Shown in pieces: positions 34,201-58,888 of a DNA stretch of 64,000 nucleotides. Position 1 is the first letter of the stretch. Each line of letters begins with the position of its first letter. This DNA is from Balanoglossus misakiensis (lineage: Eukaryota; Animalia; Hemichordata). The notes under the pieces are model-generated. The model saw only the letters and a program-made list of their open reading frames with translations, ran no database searches and was not told the origin of the DNA. The position numbers and the translations under genes are program-made. The stretch covers positions 6,632,849 to 6,696,848 of the forward strand of contig CM082583.2 of NCBI GenBank assembly GCA_040954595.2, in the 5' to 3' direction.

Positions 34201-36504
34201 GGGATTTGGAATCCAACGTTCCAATAACATCTCCGGAGACAACGGAATCTAAACATTTGAATTTATTAGATTTATTAGACGAATATTAGATGAATTTTAG
34301 ATGGAGTGCTGTTAAATTATTCTGACCAGTTGAGATTTATCCCTGAATTGTATTAAAATGATAAATCTCCCAAACTATAGCTAACACATTTCGCTGATGC
34401 AGGCAACTTCTGTTTGAACGATTGTATAGGAAACCCTGTTGTGACGTGTGTTGGTTCAGTTTTTGAATGGCTTGCGATACAAATTTATAGACAGATTTTC
34501 TAAACTGATATATTCTCGAACTAGAAACTTTTAAAGAAGGGTTCTTTTTTGAATACCTGGATTACTGCAGGAGCCACAAAGCAAGCTGATATCATCGATA
34601 GCGATGTCCCCGCCCGAACCATTTCCTACGCTAGCTTCAAATACAACCTGTAATAGACAAAGTCGATCGTATTATAGGTATACGTGAATCGGGGACAGAT
34701 TTTCAGACAAATGAAACTCCTCCAAAACCTGGTTTTCACTTTGGGTTTGTGATAGAACGAGGTGGGGGGGGTACCATTCTCTCACCTGATATTTAGATGA
34801 CATGCTCACTTCAACTTGAGCAGCGCGCCAGGAGACACCCTGATTGAACTCTTTCGTCCACACATTGTACATGACAGTGTCACTCTCCGGTTTAATGTAC
34901 ACGCTGAGAGTGCCGACATCGACGCCGTACATATCATAGAAGAACTCCAGACAAACCGTTTCATCCATCGCCACAATCTGTGGCACGACTAACCGAGCGG
35001 TGTTGGCCTGACTTTCAGGTGACCATGTTTCTATGAATGCATAATGACCTGAAACAAATGTCACATAAGCCATCAGGAATCTAACAAGTCAAGTGAAATT
35101 TCTACAGACAAATTTCCAAGATCTGATTCCCGCGACGGTTTTCATCGGAACCTTTATCCCACATACTAGTATTGATATGAACCTTTCTACCTTCTGGTGA
35201 CTGCAACGTGTGATCCGAATCTGGTCCGGCGGAACCACCTGATGTCGACGCACTCTGTCTTTTCCAGTCAAAGTCGTCATCCTGGTCTTGGTAGATGTTG
35301 CAGAAATCAAGTTCAAAGTCGCAATGAAACGGCTTCTCTAAAAGATAAAATAGAACAGTCACGATGATAAAATGCACAAGGTGAAGTTAATCGATCTTGT
35401 CCGGCAAAATAATTTTGCATTCAGTACTGTTACGCAAAGTCATTTAGATAGAAATCGCCAGTTACATCCTGAGGCCGAATTTTGACTTTATTTTTTCCCC
35501 AACTCTTGAAACGAAATTCTTACGCAAATTTTGTGGGAAAATAAGAATGGGAACCAGCAGTTGCACGTACTCAAAACGAACAGACATGGACAATCATGAT
35601 GAATTGATTAGCAATGTTGTTTACGCCCAATGTCCAATGTTTACTGAACAAAACGAAAGTAAACACGCGTCTGTCAAATTTATCAGAATGCGCTACGTAG
35701 AAGTTGGAGAACTGTGGTATCAGTAATCCTGGGGACCGCGATAATACACAGATAAGCACATCTGTTGACTTTGCTTCTCTGTAGTACAAGAAACTGGAGT
35801 TGATACATGGGAGAAAAGTATGAGAGAAAAGACTGAAAATGGACAGAAGTTAGCATTATTCTGTCTAATCCAGTCATCGTCGTCATTCTGGTCTTGGTGG
35901 ATATTGAAACAATCAAGTTCACAGTCGCAATGAAACGGCTTCTCTGAATTCAAAGATACTTGGACTTTAGCTGCAGACAGCGCAAATGGCGGTCGGAAAG
36001 CTCCGTGTCTTCATAGAAACCACTTCCATCAGATTACAGATTTTCGAAACTTTACAGTGATGGCTATGTATATTGATCATCTCTAACTATTCACATTACT
36101 GTCTTCGTTATTCTAAATAATTATTTGAAGCAATACGTCACAATGCACAAGTGACCCTGTGTCCGAGAACACATTTACGCTTCACGCGTATGACTTGCTA
36201 TAAAAAGTACAAAGTTATATCAAGAAAACCACACGGCGGTCGAAGCGCGTAGAGAGTGGAACCTATAGCGTCCCGAGTGTTGCGAATAAAGGTCAAAGTG
36301 GTGAATTGCGAAATGAGAGCTTAAACATTGTGAAGAATTGCCGTAAATGGCGTGAAGAATACAAAATAGAGAAAATGAAATTAAGAAGTTTACGGTTTGT
36401 ACAATGTATACAGGAAGCAGTTGTTGGTTCTACTTACGAGACGTGGTTGTCTTGCACAGTAACGCGAACGAGACCAGCACTAATGTGTAAGCAGAGAGCA
36501 ACAT
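13851..36504 (-). CDS. Gene B: MAM - 9xCUB - zona pellucida (ZP) domain type I membrane protein, CUZD1/DMBT1-like architecture (about 1958 aa)
   Basis: Signal exon 36438-36504 (MLLSAYTLVLVSFALLCKTTTS); MAM 35191-35337, 34786-35048, 34557-34647; exon 34105-34248; CUB exons 32967-33329, 30109-30471, 28357-28704, 25311-25667, 22922-23269, 21245-21601, 19504-19851, 18097-18453, 16980-17336; Thr/Glu linker and microexons 32486-32512, 28998-29054, 28063-28089, 27791-27847, seven in 26432-27482, 25003-25029, 24428-24520, 22692-22715, 21035-21064, 20439-20531, 19297-19320, 18811-18903, 17851-17877, 17564-17644, 16690-16716, 16411-16461; ZP 15929-16101, 15018-15418, 14595-14697, 14217-14391 (furin site RHRR); TM exon 13851-14011 (AVMFAAVAVFILGSVMAVAAVVYA, then RNTRRK). 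Total 5877 nt in frame. Confidence 0.82.
22200..22248. repeat. (CAA)n microsatellite, longer than the paralogous run at about 18764-18789
   Basis: Seen directly. Confidence 0.85.
22265..22312 (-). pseudogene. Dead copy of linker exon 18811-18903; its 3' half and donor site are deleted
   Basis: It aligns with 18856-18903, then jumps directly into the downstream intron sequence (TCAGCCACTA). The roughly 50 nt carrying the GTTAGT donor are missing. Confidence 0.7.
23802..24259. mobile_element. MITE / non-autonomous DNA transposon with TIRs of about 155 bp and a 10-bp target-site duplication (Mutator-like length)
   Basis: TAGTCTCGGTTACCCAGACGCCTTTGCTTC...ATGACCCGGGTCACTG is inverted at about 24105-24259. 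Flanks are CCATCTTTAC and CTATCTTTAC. It is absent from the paralogous intron at about 20280. Confidence 0.85.
26413..27590 (-). repeat. Seven-copy exon+intron tandem array (period 168-171 bp) in gene B, each with a 30-36 nt exon (EVTTEDPWTT)
   Basis: Exons 26432-26461, 26601-26630, 26772-26801, 26940-26969, 27111-27140, 27279-27308 and 27447-27482, each CATCAG/...C/GTAAGT and phase 1. Confidence 0.85.
30598..31392. mobile_element. Non-autonomous TIR transposon with TTAA target-site duplication (Kolobok-like GA...TC termini)
   Basis: TTAA|GATGGGTCCCTAGGATCTTTTTGC... at the left and ...GCAAAAAGATCCTAGGGACCCATC|TTAA at the right. The imperfect inverted repeat extends about 150 bp and there is no transposase ORF. 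Confidence 0.8.
35861..35943 (-). pseudogene. Truncated, degenerate duplicate of the first MAM exon in intron 1 of gene B
   Basis: Encodes EKPFHCDCELDCFNIHQDQNDDDDWIRQ versus the functional EKPFHCDFELDFCNIYQDQDDDFDWKRQ. Similarity stops abruptly with no matching donor. Confidence 0.7.
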
Positions 36505-36602
36505 TTTCGTCGATAGCTTCTCGTGCTCATGATATTAGAAAATGAGTAAATTGTGAATGTGTCCCCTCTTTTAAATATTCTGAACCCTATCGCAATTTTA
36601 AT

Positions 36603-36710
36603 GTGATAAATTGCGTCAATACAGCACTTGTATTATTAGGTATATTTCTCACGCCTAGACTCATAAAAAATCATCATCCACTCACATCGGTTCCAGGTCA
36701 CACGGCTTAA
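36603..36710 (-). promoter_or_regulatory. Non-coding block conserved upstream of genes B and D (partner at about 58984-59094)
   Basis: CACTTGTATTATTAGGTATATTTCTCACGCCT...ACTCACATCGGTTCCAGGTCACACGGCTTAA versus CACTTGTGTTATTTAGTAAATTTCTCACGCCT...ACTCACATTCGGGTCCGGTCACATGGCCTAA, about 100-200 bp upstream of each ATG. Confidence 0.6.
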
Positions 36711-38180
36711 ATTCTGACCAGCAGCAATATTTGTCTAGGACTTTTTCGGAGAAATTTGAATTCTGAAGAAAACTTTACTATCCTGTTATTCGTTCGCGCG
36801 CATTTCGTTCTTGACACACTTTTTCTCTGGGACCATGTCACAAAAAATCCCTCGGAAGCAAACAACAGCTTCAATGTGCAGCCGTTATATTAGCGCAGCA
36901 GAGCTAATAAAACACTCACATTGCAATTTCCGTCCCGAAACAGAGTTCGGTGGTTCTGATGTGAGGTGGGGGCGCTGTTCCAAAGTACGAGTGAAACGAA
37001 TCACCAACGTGTTGTAAAGATCACGAGTTGTGATATTTTTTAGAGAAGCCTTCCAAGGCTTATCAAAACCACCTCAACTCGGACTAATGGTCATCGAGAC
37101 GATGGGTAGCGTCAGCATATGCAACTTAGTCGATGGTGGCGCTGAGCATACTAATACAGCTAGTATGAATGATAAGCTAGTACATGTATAGCAAATACTT
37201 GACCCTCTCACAGCCCCTCTCGCCGTTCAAGCAGGCTTGTGGTCTGATAAGGTTCGCTACACAACACCATATGAGGCTTCTCCTTTGCTAAACGGTTGGG
37301 GGCGCGTCTGTGAAGAGCCTTGTAGCGAACCTTGTGCTGTGATAGCTAGAGAGTCTAAGCAAATACCGGCAACTAACCTTGGTAATTACGGACTGTGACG
37401 GCTCGGTCTGGAGCTTCCAGTCAGTCGTGTGCCTCTGGCAATGGCCCGCTGCGTTCTGGTTACAATTGGGGGTGAGCTAGTAGCACAGGTGCATGGCAGT
37501 CTGAGAGTTACGTCAGCGACATCCCACCTGTGCTGCAAGGCGCCACCGACGACAAGAAGCCCACAATTTACTATTGTCATGATGTCAAACGATTGTTGCA
37601 GTTTCCTCACGTACCCATATGAAAAAAACAGCAAAATTCATGCGTCAAAAGTACAACCTTGGCGCTTTTTATTCAACAGTGCAATCATTGCTAAGCAAGG
37701 AGATAAATTCTAACTATACATGGTAAGCAAAAGGAATTTGTTTAACATTTTAACTTACTTGGTAAACCGCTGAATTCATGTTTTCTAGCAGTAGCACATC
37801 ACGTATTTAATAAAGTCTCAGGGTTCATTTAATCACGATTGGAATCCGAAAGAACCCAGCAAAACAAGTGGAAGATTTAGGTCATTACTGAATCATGAGT
37901 GGGTGCAGTGATTTGTCTTATCATATACCACTATTCGCGTGTCTGTGTCAATGGTCAATGGGGAAACAGGATCCTCGCATTTGTGCAATAAGTTTAATTT
38001 GAGTAAATATCAATGACGTGTCAATAGATGTTGGCGAACTAAGCTTTATAGAAAATAAAAATAAAACAAGTATTCGATTCATCGTTGACGTTGCTTTCTG
38101 AAATCAGTTTTTGCTCCTAAGTGCCACTAAATGCATCATGGAAATGGGCGGTTTGCGTCACATAACGTCATCATCATAGA

Positions 38181-51668
<13,488 letters not shown>

Positions 51669-52304
51669 GTTTACAGTGGCCATCGTGAAAAGGTTATGAG
51701 GAAATGACCAAAACTCAAGCATGATCGCATCTTTTAAAGTTCTTGATAACAATCTGGAGCAGGTGAGATAGCGTGCAATGAGGTCACTTAGAGGGAAAAG
51801 AAAATGATAAAAATTTATCAATTGTGGCATACTAGTAGGTTGACCTGGTTGTATTCCATGTTTCTGGAGCAAGATTTATCAAATTTTAATTTCAGAAATA
51901 TAACACAAATCACAAAATTCATAAAATATGTAAATATACAGACATTTGACATGAAACACAATACCAACACGACTTTGAGAGATTGCTATCTGTAGACGCT
52001 GCCAAAAAAATCTGTCCAGCTAACCGTTCATGAATTTTAAACCTAGCCAACTTTCCCACCATATTTCTATACTATTTGATATGTCGCATACTATTGTGAC
52101 GGTCAGTCTGACGAGGCAGATGACGAGGCTGAAGCCCTGTGCTTGCAATAAAGTCGTGAAGTTCTGCACCTTGCGATTCGATTACACATCATCTAACATC
52201 AAGTGAGCAACAGTTTCAGCCGCGGCCAATCTCGATGCCATTCACGATCTCATTGCTTCTCTCCTCAAAAATGTGCAACATGGATTTCTTGAGATCATGT
52301 TTTT

Positions 52305-52310
52305 TTTATT
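52305..52310 (-). promoter_or_regulatory. Candidate polyadenylation signal of gene D
   Basis: AATAAA on the minus strand about 170 nt after the proposed stop at 52481. Confidence 0.4.
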
Positions 52311-52480
52311 TGCAGATAATCGGCTACTCTTTTACCATATGCTTATAAGAAATCACTACAATTTTAATATTTAATAAATGCAAGACAAGAACAATACAGA
52401 TGACCTACAGATCATTAAGGACATTTTGTCTTTACATTTGTAGTCATTGTTTCACACTGTTACTCATTTTGCCCTTGCGT

Positions 52481-55400
52481 TCAGCCTGTTGAAATAAATA
52501 AATAAATAAATAGAGCAGGAAGGAAGGAAGAAAACAAACAAACAAACAAACAAAGAATGAAAGAATACCGAGGCCGGGATAAGCCACCAGTTATTCATAC
52601 GGATCTGAAAATTTTACCTTGCGTGTTATTACTGTGCAATATACTAATTATGTCTTTGCCCTTGTTATTGACACCATGATGTAGGTCCTGTGTTGTTCTC
52701 TTATTGCTTGCCTCTCTCTACAGTGATGCGGCAGAACGAAACCAGCAAATTCCAGCAAAAGAAAAGACGGGGTCTATCTCTGCCTGACTCCAATACTTAC
52801 TCTGCAAGATACCAGTTTCTCCACGGAAAAGATTGACTGGCCCCTGAGTGACAGTTCTTGACCCTAGAGATGACCCTTCACCGAGGTCACGTCTGCGTCG
52901 AGCCGAACAGCCTTGTTGACATCTGGAGTATGGGTCAGAAGCATTACAAACCAACATGTCGCAGTGAATATACACCTGTTAGGAAAGAATATGTTGATAT
53001 ATTCAGTTATTTATTATGTATACCCATTCTATATTATCGACACTGCAAGGGTTCTCGTTTGTCCTAATTTGTTTCAATACTACTGCGCAGTAATTGTGAT
53101 GATCTTTTCCGGACACATGACCAAAATTTTAGCGGGGGGGGGGGGGGGGGGGGCTCTCTGACCGTAGCGCATCATGTGAAAAATGCGGAAACAGAGTATA
53201 TCTATTGTGATGAGCACGAAGCTTGGATTAAGACCAATCTGAATCTGACTAAAAGCAGATGTACATGTAGAGTTGGCATGATCTCAGTCTCGGTTACCCA
53301 GACTTCTCTGGTGCTTCCGCTGCGCTCCCTCTTAGCGGAAGCACCAGAGAAGTCTGGGTAACCGAGTCTGGCTCGATCTTTACAATAGAGAGATGTCTTT
53401 GCAGTAGCCGTATGTCCATATTCAGATAGTCATGATCATATTAGCTCTATTCTGTTCAGATAGTCAGGAACAATTCAATCTAATTAAAATAAGATCAAAA
53501 TCAGATGTAGAGTTGGCTCGATCAAGTGTAGTGGCCGCAGGAGAATAATTATTAAAATTGTTATATTGTTAAAATCTGAGCGCAAGTAAATGCACTTACC
53601 ACGTTAGATGTGGTTGCAATAAAATCAAATACCTCGATCGAGAAATGTTTCTTCACCGGATCATCGACGGAATACACTTGTACGGTGGTATCTTTGATAC
53701 ACCTGCGATTCATTAAAAGAAGTTTTATTGGAATGGGAGACATTTTGAATGAAAAGGAAGGTGAATGACAAAGCAATTGTTTTGTGGGTATGCGTAGATT
53801 TTCTGTTAACTATTCTTTTAATTATCTTTATTAAATTCATTTGGTCGACTTCGAATCGATTTGACTCACCCATTCTCAATGAAGACATACTGGGTGGGGT
53901 CGTTTGGATTTTCAGTTGGAGTACCCTTGCAAGTATCGAGGAATAACTCCAGATCAGTTGTGTTGGTCTCCACGGCGGCGCCGACGTAGATTCTTTCACC
54001 GAGACTGACTTCAATTGGATACTCATACTCCTCGTAGGGCTCGCCATAACTGACGTCAGGATAGAAATCAAGACTGAATGAAAAGTTTCCGTGACCAGTT
54101 TCTGGTAAGTACAGCTTTTCGCTATCCACGATGAAGCTGGCATCGGCACGACCTTTCCTGGGATACATGCATTCAAACGGTATCTCCACTTCCTTCACAC
54201 GTCTAATAATGTCTGCCTCCACAAAACGATTGGACACCACGTTGCTGTAAATGATGTGTTGGGATGTTTCCTGATCAGAAGTAAACAATTGTTAATTTAT
54301 TAAAACACGTAAAAGATTTGTATCAGAAATACTCCTTTACTCAAAGTATATAGTCGTGACCACTTAGGGTAGTTGAAGGTCAGATAGAGTCTGGTGTTGC
54401 ATTTCGTGTTGGATACTTACGCTAAACATAGTGCCGCAGCCCCCATGCCCGGTGTCGAAGGTCACGTGAGTGGCATTACTGTAACCAGTGCATGATGGGT
54501 CGATCAACTGCAGATCATCTTGGTCCATTCCGTCCAAGACTGAGCGGTGAATGTCGATCTTCATCGACGTCTTGGGGCATGTGACTGTCACATCTGTAAA
54601 GACAGAGGTACGTGGGCACAAACATCTGATTAACCGAAAACCAGCATATATAAAGTTCACGTATGACAGGTTAGTGACACAACATGCTACTTTACATCAT
54701 CCCATGGTCAGGTTTGTCATGGAATTGGATAGTGGAACCGTTTAGGCGACATCTCCATCCATGCACTGACCTTTGATGGGTTCATTTGTGGTGGCGTAGT
54801 CCTCCGTCGGATACATTGTTCTACCTGTAAGATACAAGAATGGAAGATTCACACACACACAACACACTTGCAAAGGCGAAAAAAGATCAAATGTTTTCCA
54901 GACAACGGCTTCTCTAGATACTGTTACAATGGAGTATAACTGACGGCTGGCTATTCGTTTTCGTGGCGGTTTTGTATATAATGATGTAATCTTTAAAAAT
55001 CATCCAACAGATTCGTAGAAAGCAGGTGATGACGCCAACGTCAAGTGTAGAGGCTTAATTACCTTCAGTGGTCGGCCAAACAGTCGGTTCTAGAAAGAAA
55101 TCAAATAATAAGTTTATTAAGAGCACAACAAGTGACTGGTGCACTGTATCAGGTCAAGAAGAAAGATGTCGCACGCAAATTGAATCTTGAGGTTTTTGGG
55201 CGTTTACGTTGATAATTTTCCCGGTGAATATCCAATAAGCGTTGCGAGTGCAAAATGCATTGCTTTTACATACACTTCACTTGCGTGAGGCCAAATCTGG
55301 ACTATGTATTATAATTTGATAATTATAACACCATTGTACAATGAATGCTTACCGGGTCGGTCGTACATGTAAACACGGAATCCCCTGTTAGTAACTGAGT

Positions 55401-58400
55401 AATCTGAGGTGAAGTTTAACCACACGGTGTCACCAGATGAATAAAAATTTGAAGGTGTGCTACATCCAGAATGTCCATAGATTACCACATTTTCTCCCGG
55501 ATTGTCTCCATTTCCGGCCGACACGTAATCACAACAACTTTCCGTACAGAAGTCGTTCCATGACACATAAATACGGCGATAGGAGTATGAAGCATATACA
55601 AACCAAACACAATCGGCGTTGTTATGGTAATCACTAGGATATTTAGGAGATTCAATTGTCTGGCTGCCCCAATAAGACAGGTAATACGATTCGCCACAGT
55701 CGTAATACCCTGAAAAGAAGAACTCGGCTAATAATCGTGTGATCGATATGACTTGCCACTGTACGGGTGTCATAGTAAAGTTTCATTATTGAAAGTTTAA
55801 TGCATTTATGTGTCGCTACGATAAATTGACTAGACTCACACACCCCTCCACACCACCACCATCTCTACTATAATGACACCAACAACGACTTTAACAGCAA
55901 CAGCAAATGACTTACCCGTTGTCCAGGGTGTAGCTTCTTCAGTAGTTCTCTCCCTGTCTGTGGTAAATACCTCAGTATTTACTGTCGTAAAAATCGTAAA
56001 AATGATTCTCTCTTAGACTTGAGAATAAAAGCTGGGGGCCATCGTGCCAAATCTTGAATGACAGAGCGAAATTGTGTCAAATTCGAAATTCAAAATGGCC
56101 GCCAATCTCCGTGTTAAGTCTATGGAGAAAATTTAAAGTGGCGATTTTCATGAAAACCAGATGGTGAACACCCAGTTTTCTTCTTTGTATTCAAATAGAA
56201 TATCCACATGCTTAAAGTTAGCAAAGATTTAGAGTGTTTGGAGGACTATTATTTTCCTGAAAATCTGCCCCCGAGGAGCATAGGCCTACAATCTTAGCCT
56301 AAATACCCTTTGAAACACTTCACTAACCCCTTTCTGTTCTGGATTCCATGGCGGTAGTGTAATCTTCTGTTGTGGGCACTGCTGTAGCTATAAGATATAC
56401 AAAATATTAGACATACAATATCCCCCAAGACAAATGTTTGAAGCTTGCGCATGAAAACATATTTGTGAAAGATTAAAAATCTTCTGAATCTCAGATCATA
56501 TCATACGGAGCGGAAGACGAGAAAATGATAATTTATGTTCGAAGACGAAACGTGGATAAACTCACCATTGCAAGCATCAATGTAATCTGGGCAGCAGTCA
56601 CGAAGTTCTTGACAAATCCTATCACAATGACAATAATAGACGGGATCATAATAACCACAGAGTCCCACGCACGAACCATTTACCGGACCTAGGAATGATG
56701 GTATAAATATAAAATCATATATTGTCGTTACTCATGTTATTGTAAACCGACCCAGTTAACATATTCGTCCATCACCATCATACATGTATATTTACAGGAT
56801 TTCCACCATGTTCGCCAGCATCATTGTGACCATCAACGTCGTCGTCGTCATCATCATCAGCACCTCCACCACCCAACCACTATCAGCACCATCAGTACAC
56901 AAGCAGTAAAAACAACAAATGCCTTAACTATTGTCAGAGGAATCATTTGAAGTGGCTTTAGTGCACCCCTACACTAACCCTTTTCTGTACTATATTCTGT
57001 GGGGATCGAGTAATCTTCTGTTGGAGACACTGTTGTGCCTGCAAAAATGTAATACTAAATAGTAAATATGGGATATTTTAGCCAGCAATGTCAAGGTCGA
57101 AAATACTGTTTTAATTCATGTTGCACGACTCTCTCCAATTCCACATCTCTGTTACAAACGTCATATCCAGTGAAAGGAGGTAGCCAAACGGAACGGCATC
57201 ATATGCATATTGTTGTTTCTCGCCAGACACGTGTCTTGAAAATGGCCGTAAACTTCTGATAATGTTCAAGTGATCCAGGACCAATTGTAAAAAAAATGCA
57301 GAATTCTACATCACTACTGCAAGAAATGCCCACCATCCAAAACCTCATTCGAGGTCAAAACCCACTTTGACAAACTTCAGCATAATCTGGGCAGCAGTCA
57401 CCGTACGGTCCGCAACCCGGGTCGCAATAACAACCATAGACGGGATTGGGAATGTAGCTACCACAGTATCCAACGCATGTCGCACCGTCAGGAACTAATA
57501 GCATAACAATAGTATTTAAACCGCCTGTTATACTGTTTTTCATTGTTATGTCTCGCGACACATTGATTTTTCTTAAATTTATTTAAAAATATATGGGCTA
57601 TGAATATAACTGAGAGCTGGGAAGCACTTAAACTGTAGTAGAGCCGGAGTGCGAAGAGCGGGGTGCTTCAAGTTTGGATGCAGGGTGGCAATAATTCCCC
57701 GGAAACAAATCCTGCCAAAAATTCATAACACTTCATAATGATAACATATTAAATTTGCATGTTTTAACATGCCATTAGTCTTGTGTATGTGACAAAATAT
57801 GGTTTACAATCGACATTAAAGGAAAACAATCACCTCCAATTTAGCCTACACATGCCCATGTTTGGTTAACTTTTCCAATGACCCTGTGGTGCTGCACATT
57901 TTTTTTCGCGTGGTCATCCACTGAAAATCTGTGATTGGCTATAGATCTCGACTGGTAATCTTCGCTAAATTTGCATCATAAGTAACCGTATACATTTAGG
58001 CCTAATATACTGAATGCCGATTAAAGCGTACGATCACACTCACCTTTGCAAACATGGGAATAATCTTGACAGCAGTCCCCCTGTAATTCGCACGTCCAGT
58101 CACAATAACAGCCATACATATAATTACCACCACCGCAAAACCCAACGCAAGATGCATCTCCAGGACCTGTTTAACAACAATATACAAGGATAGTAGCTGT
58201 AACATTTAACTGTTTTTCAGGAAGTGTTTTGTATTTCAGATATATTGTCTTATTTTACTCATTACTCACTGTATGTATGTATGTACGTATGTATGAATCT
58301 TGCAATCTGATGTACATTGTGTGCACCAACCTAATCGAGAAGATAATCAAATACAATAACTTGATTTTTATGTTACCTTCGGTGGGCCATGCAGTAGATT

Positions 58401-58888
58401 CTGAAGAGGAAAAAAAACAAATGAATCGAAAATTAGTGGACGACTTTCCAAAAGAAAAAGAGTAACATTTAGGTTGAAAAAATGGCGCAGGAATTTAAAC
58501 GGTGATTTCGGCAAAATGTTCTAACTGTTAGCTTGCGTTATTCTGACACTTTTAATAGGGAACACGCCCTGGTAAAAAACACGTGGCGGACCATCAGAAA
58601 CATCTGTTGAGATGTGTATGCATATTAATGTGACGTTGGTTCTTTGCTATGCAAATGAATCGGACATTGAGCTTGAAACCTTTGAAATGATACAAATGAT
58701 TTGAATAAATATTCTGAAAATAAAAACTCGAAACATAAAGAAATAAAAGATTTATACGCTTGACTCATAAAGCTTGTCACAGCTATTTTCATGTGAAGGT
58801 AGTCGATGACTGTGTACTTACGAGAAGCAGTGGTAGTGAACAGCAACGCGGACGAAAGCAGCACAACAGCGCATGCAGAGAGTAACAT
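52481..58888 (-). CDS. Gene D: 3xSMB - CUB - ZP domain protein, apparently secreted with no TM exon (about 648 aa)
   Basis: Signal exon 58822-58888 (MLLSACAVVLLSSALLFTTTAS); microexon 58377-58400; SMB 58044-58166, 57366-57494, 56566-56688; linkers 56979-57038, 56328-56387, 55916-55981; CUB 55353-55709; 55063-55089; 54771-54824; ZP 54421-54593, 53870-54270, 53600-53702, 52801-52975 (furin site RRRR); tentative terminal exon 52481-52485 (S then TGA). The 3' end is the uncertain part. Confidence 0.78.
53285..53370. mobile_element. 86-bp hairpin mini-element sharing its termini with the MITE at 23802-24259
   Basis: CAGTCTCGGTTACCCAGACTTCTCTGGTGCTTCCGCT-loop-AGCGGAAGCACCAGAGAAGTCTGGGTAACCGAGTCTG forms a near-perfect 37-bp stem, and AGTCTCGGTTACCCAGAC is identical to the MITE end. 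Confidence 0.75.
56020..56290 (-). mobile_element. Second copy of the dispersed repeat at 11379-11650, in a gene D intron
   Basis: Reverse-complement similarity to 11380-11590, including the GGCGGCCATTTTGAATTTC core. Confidence 0.55.
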
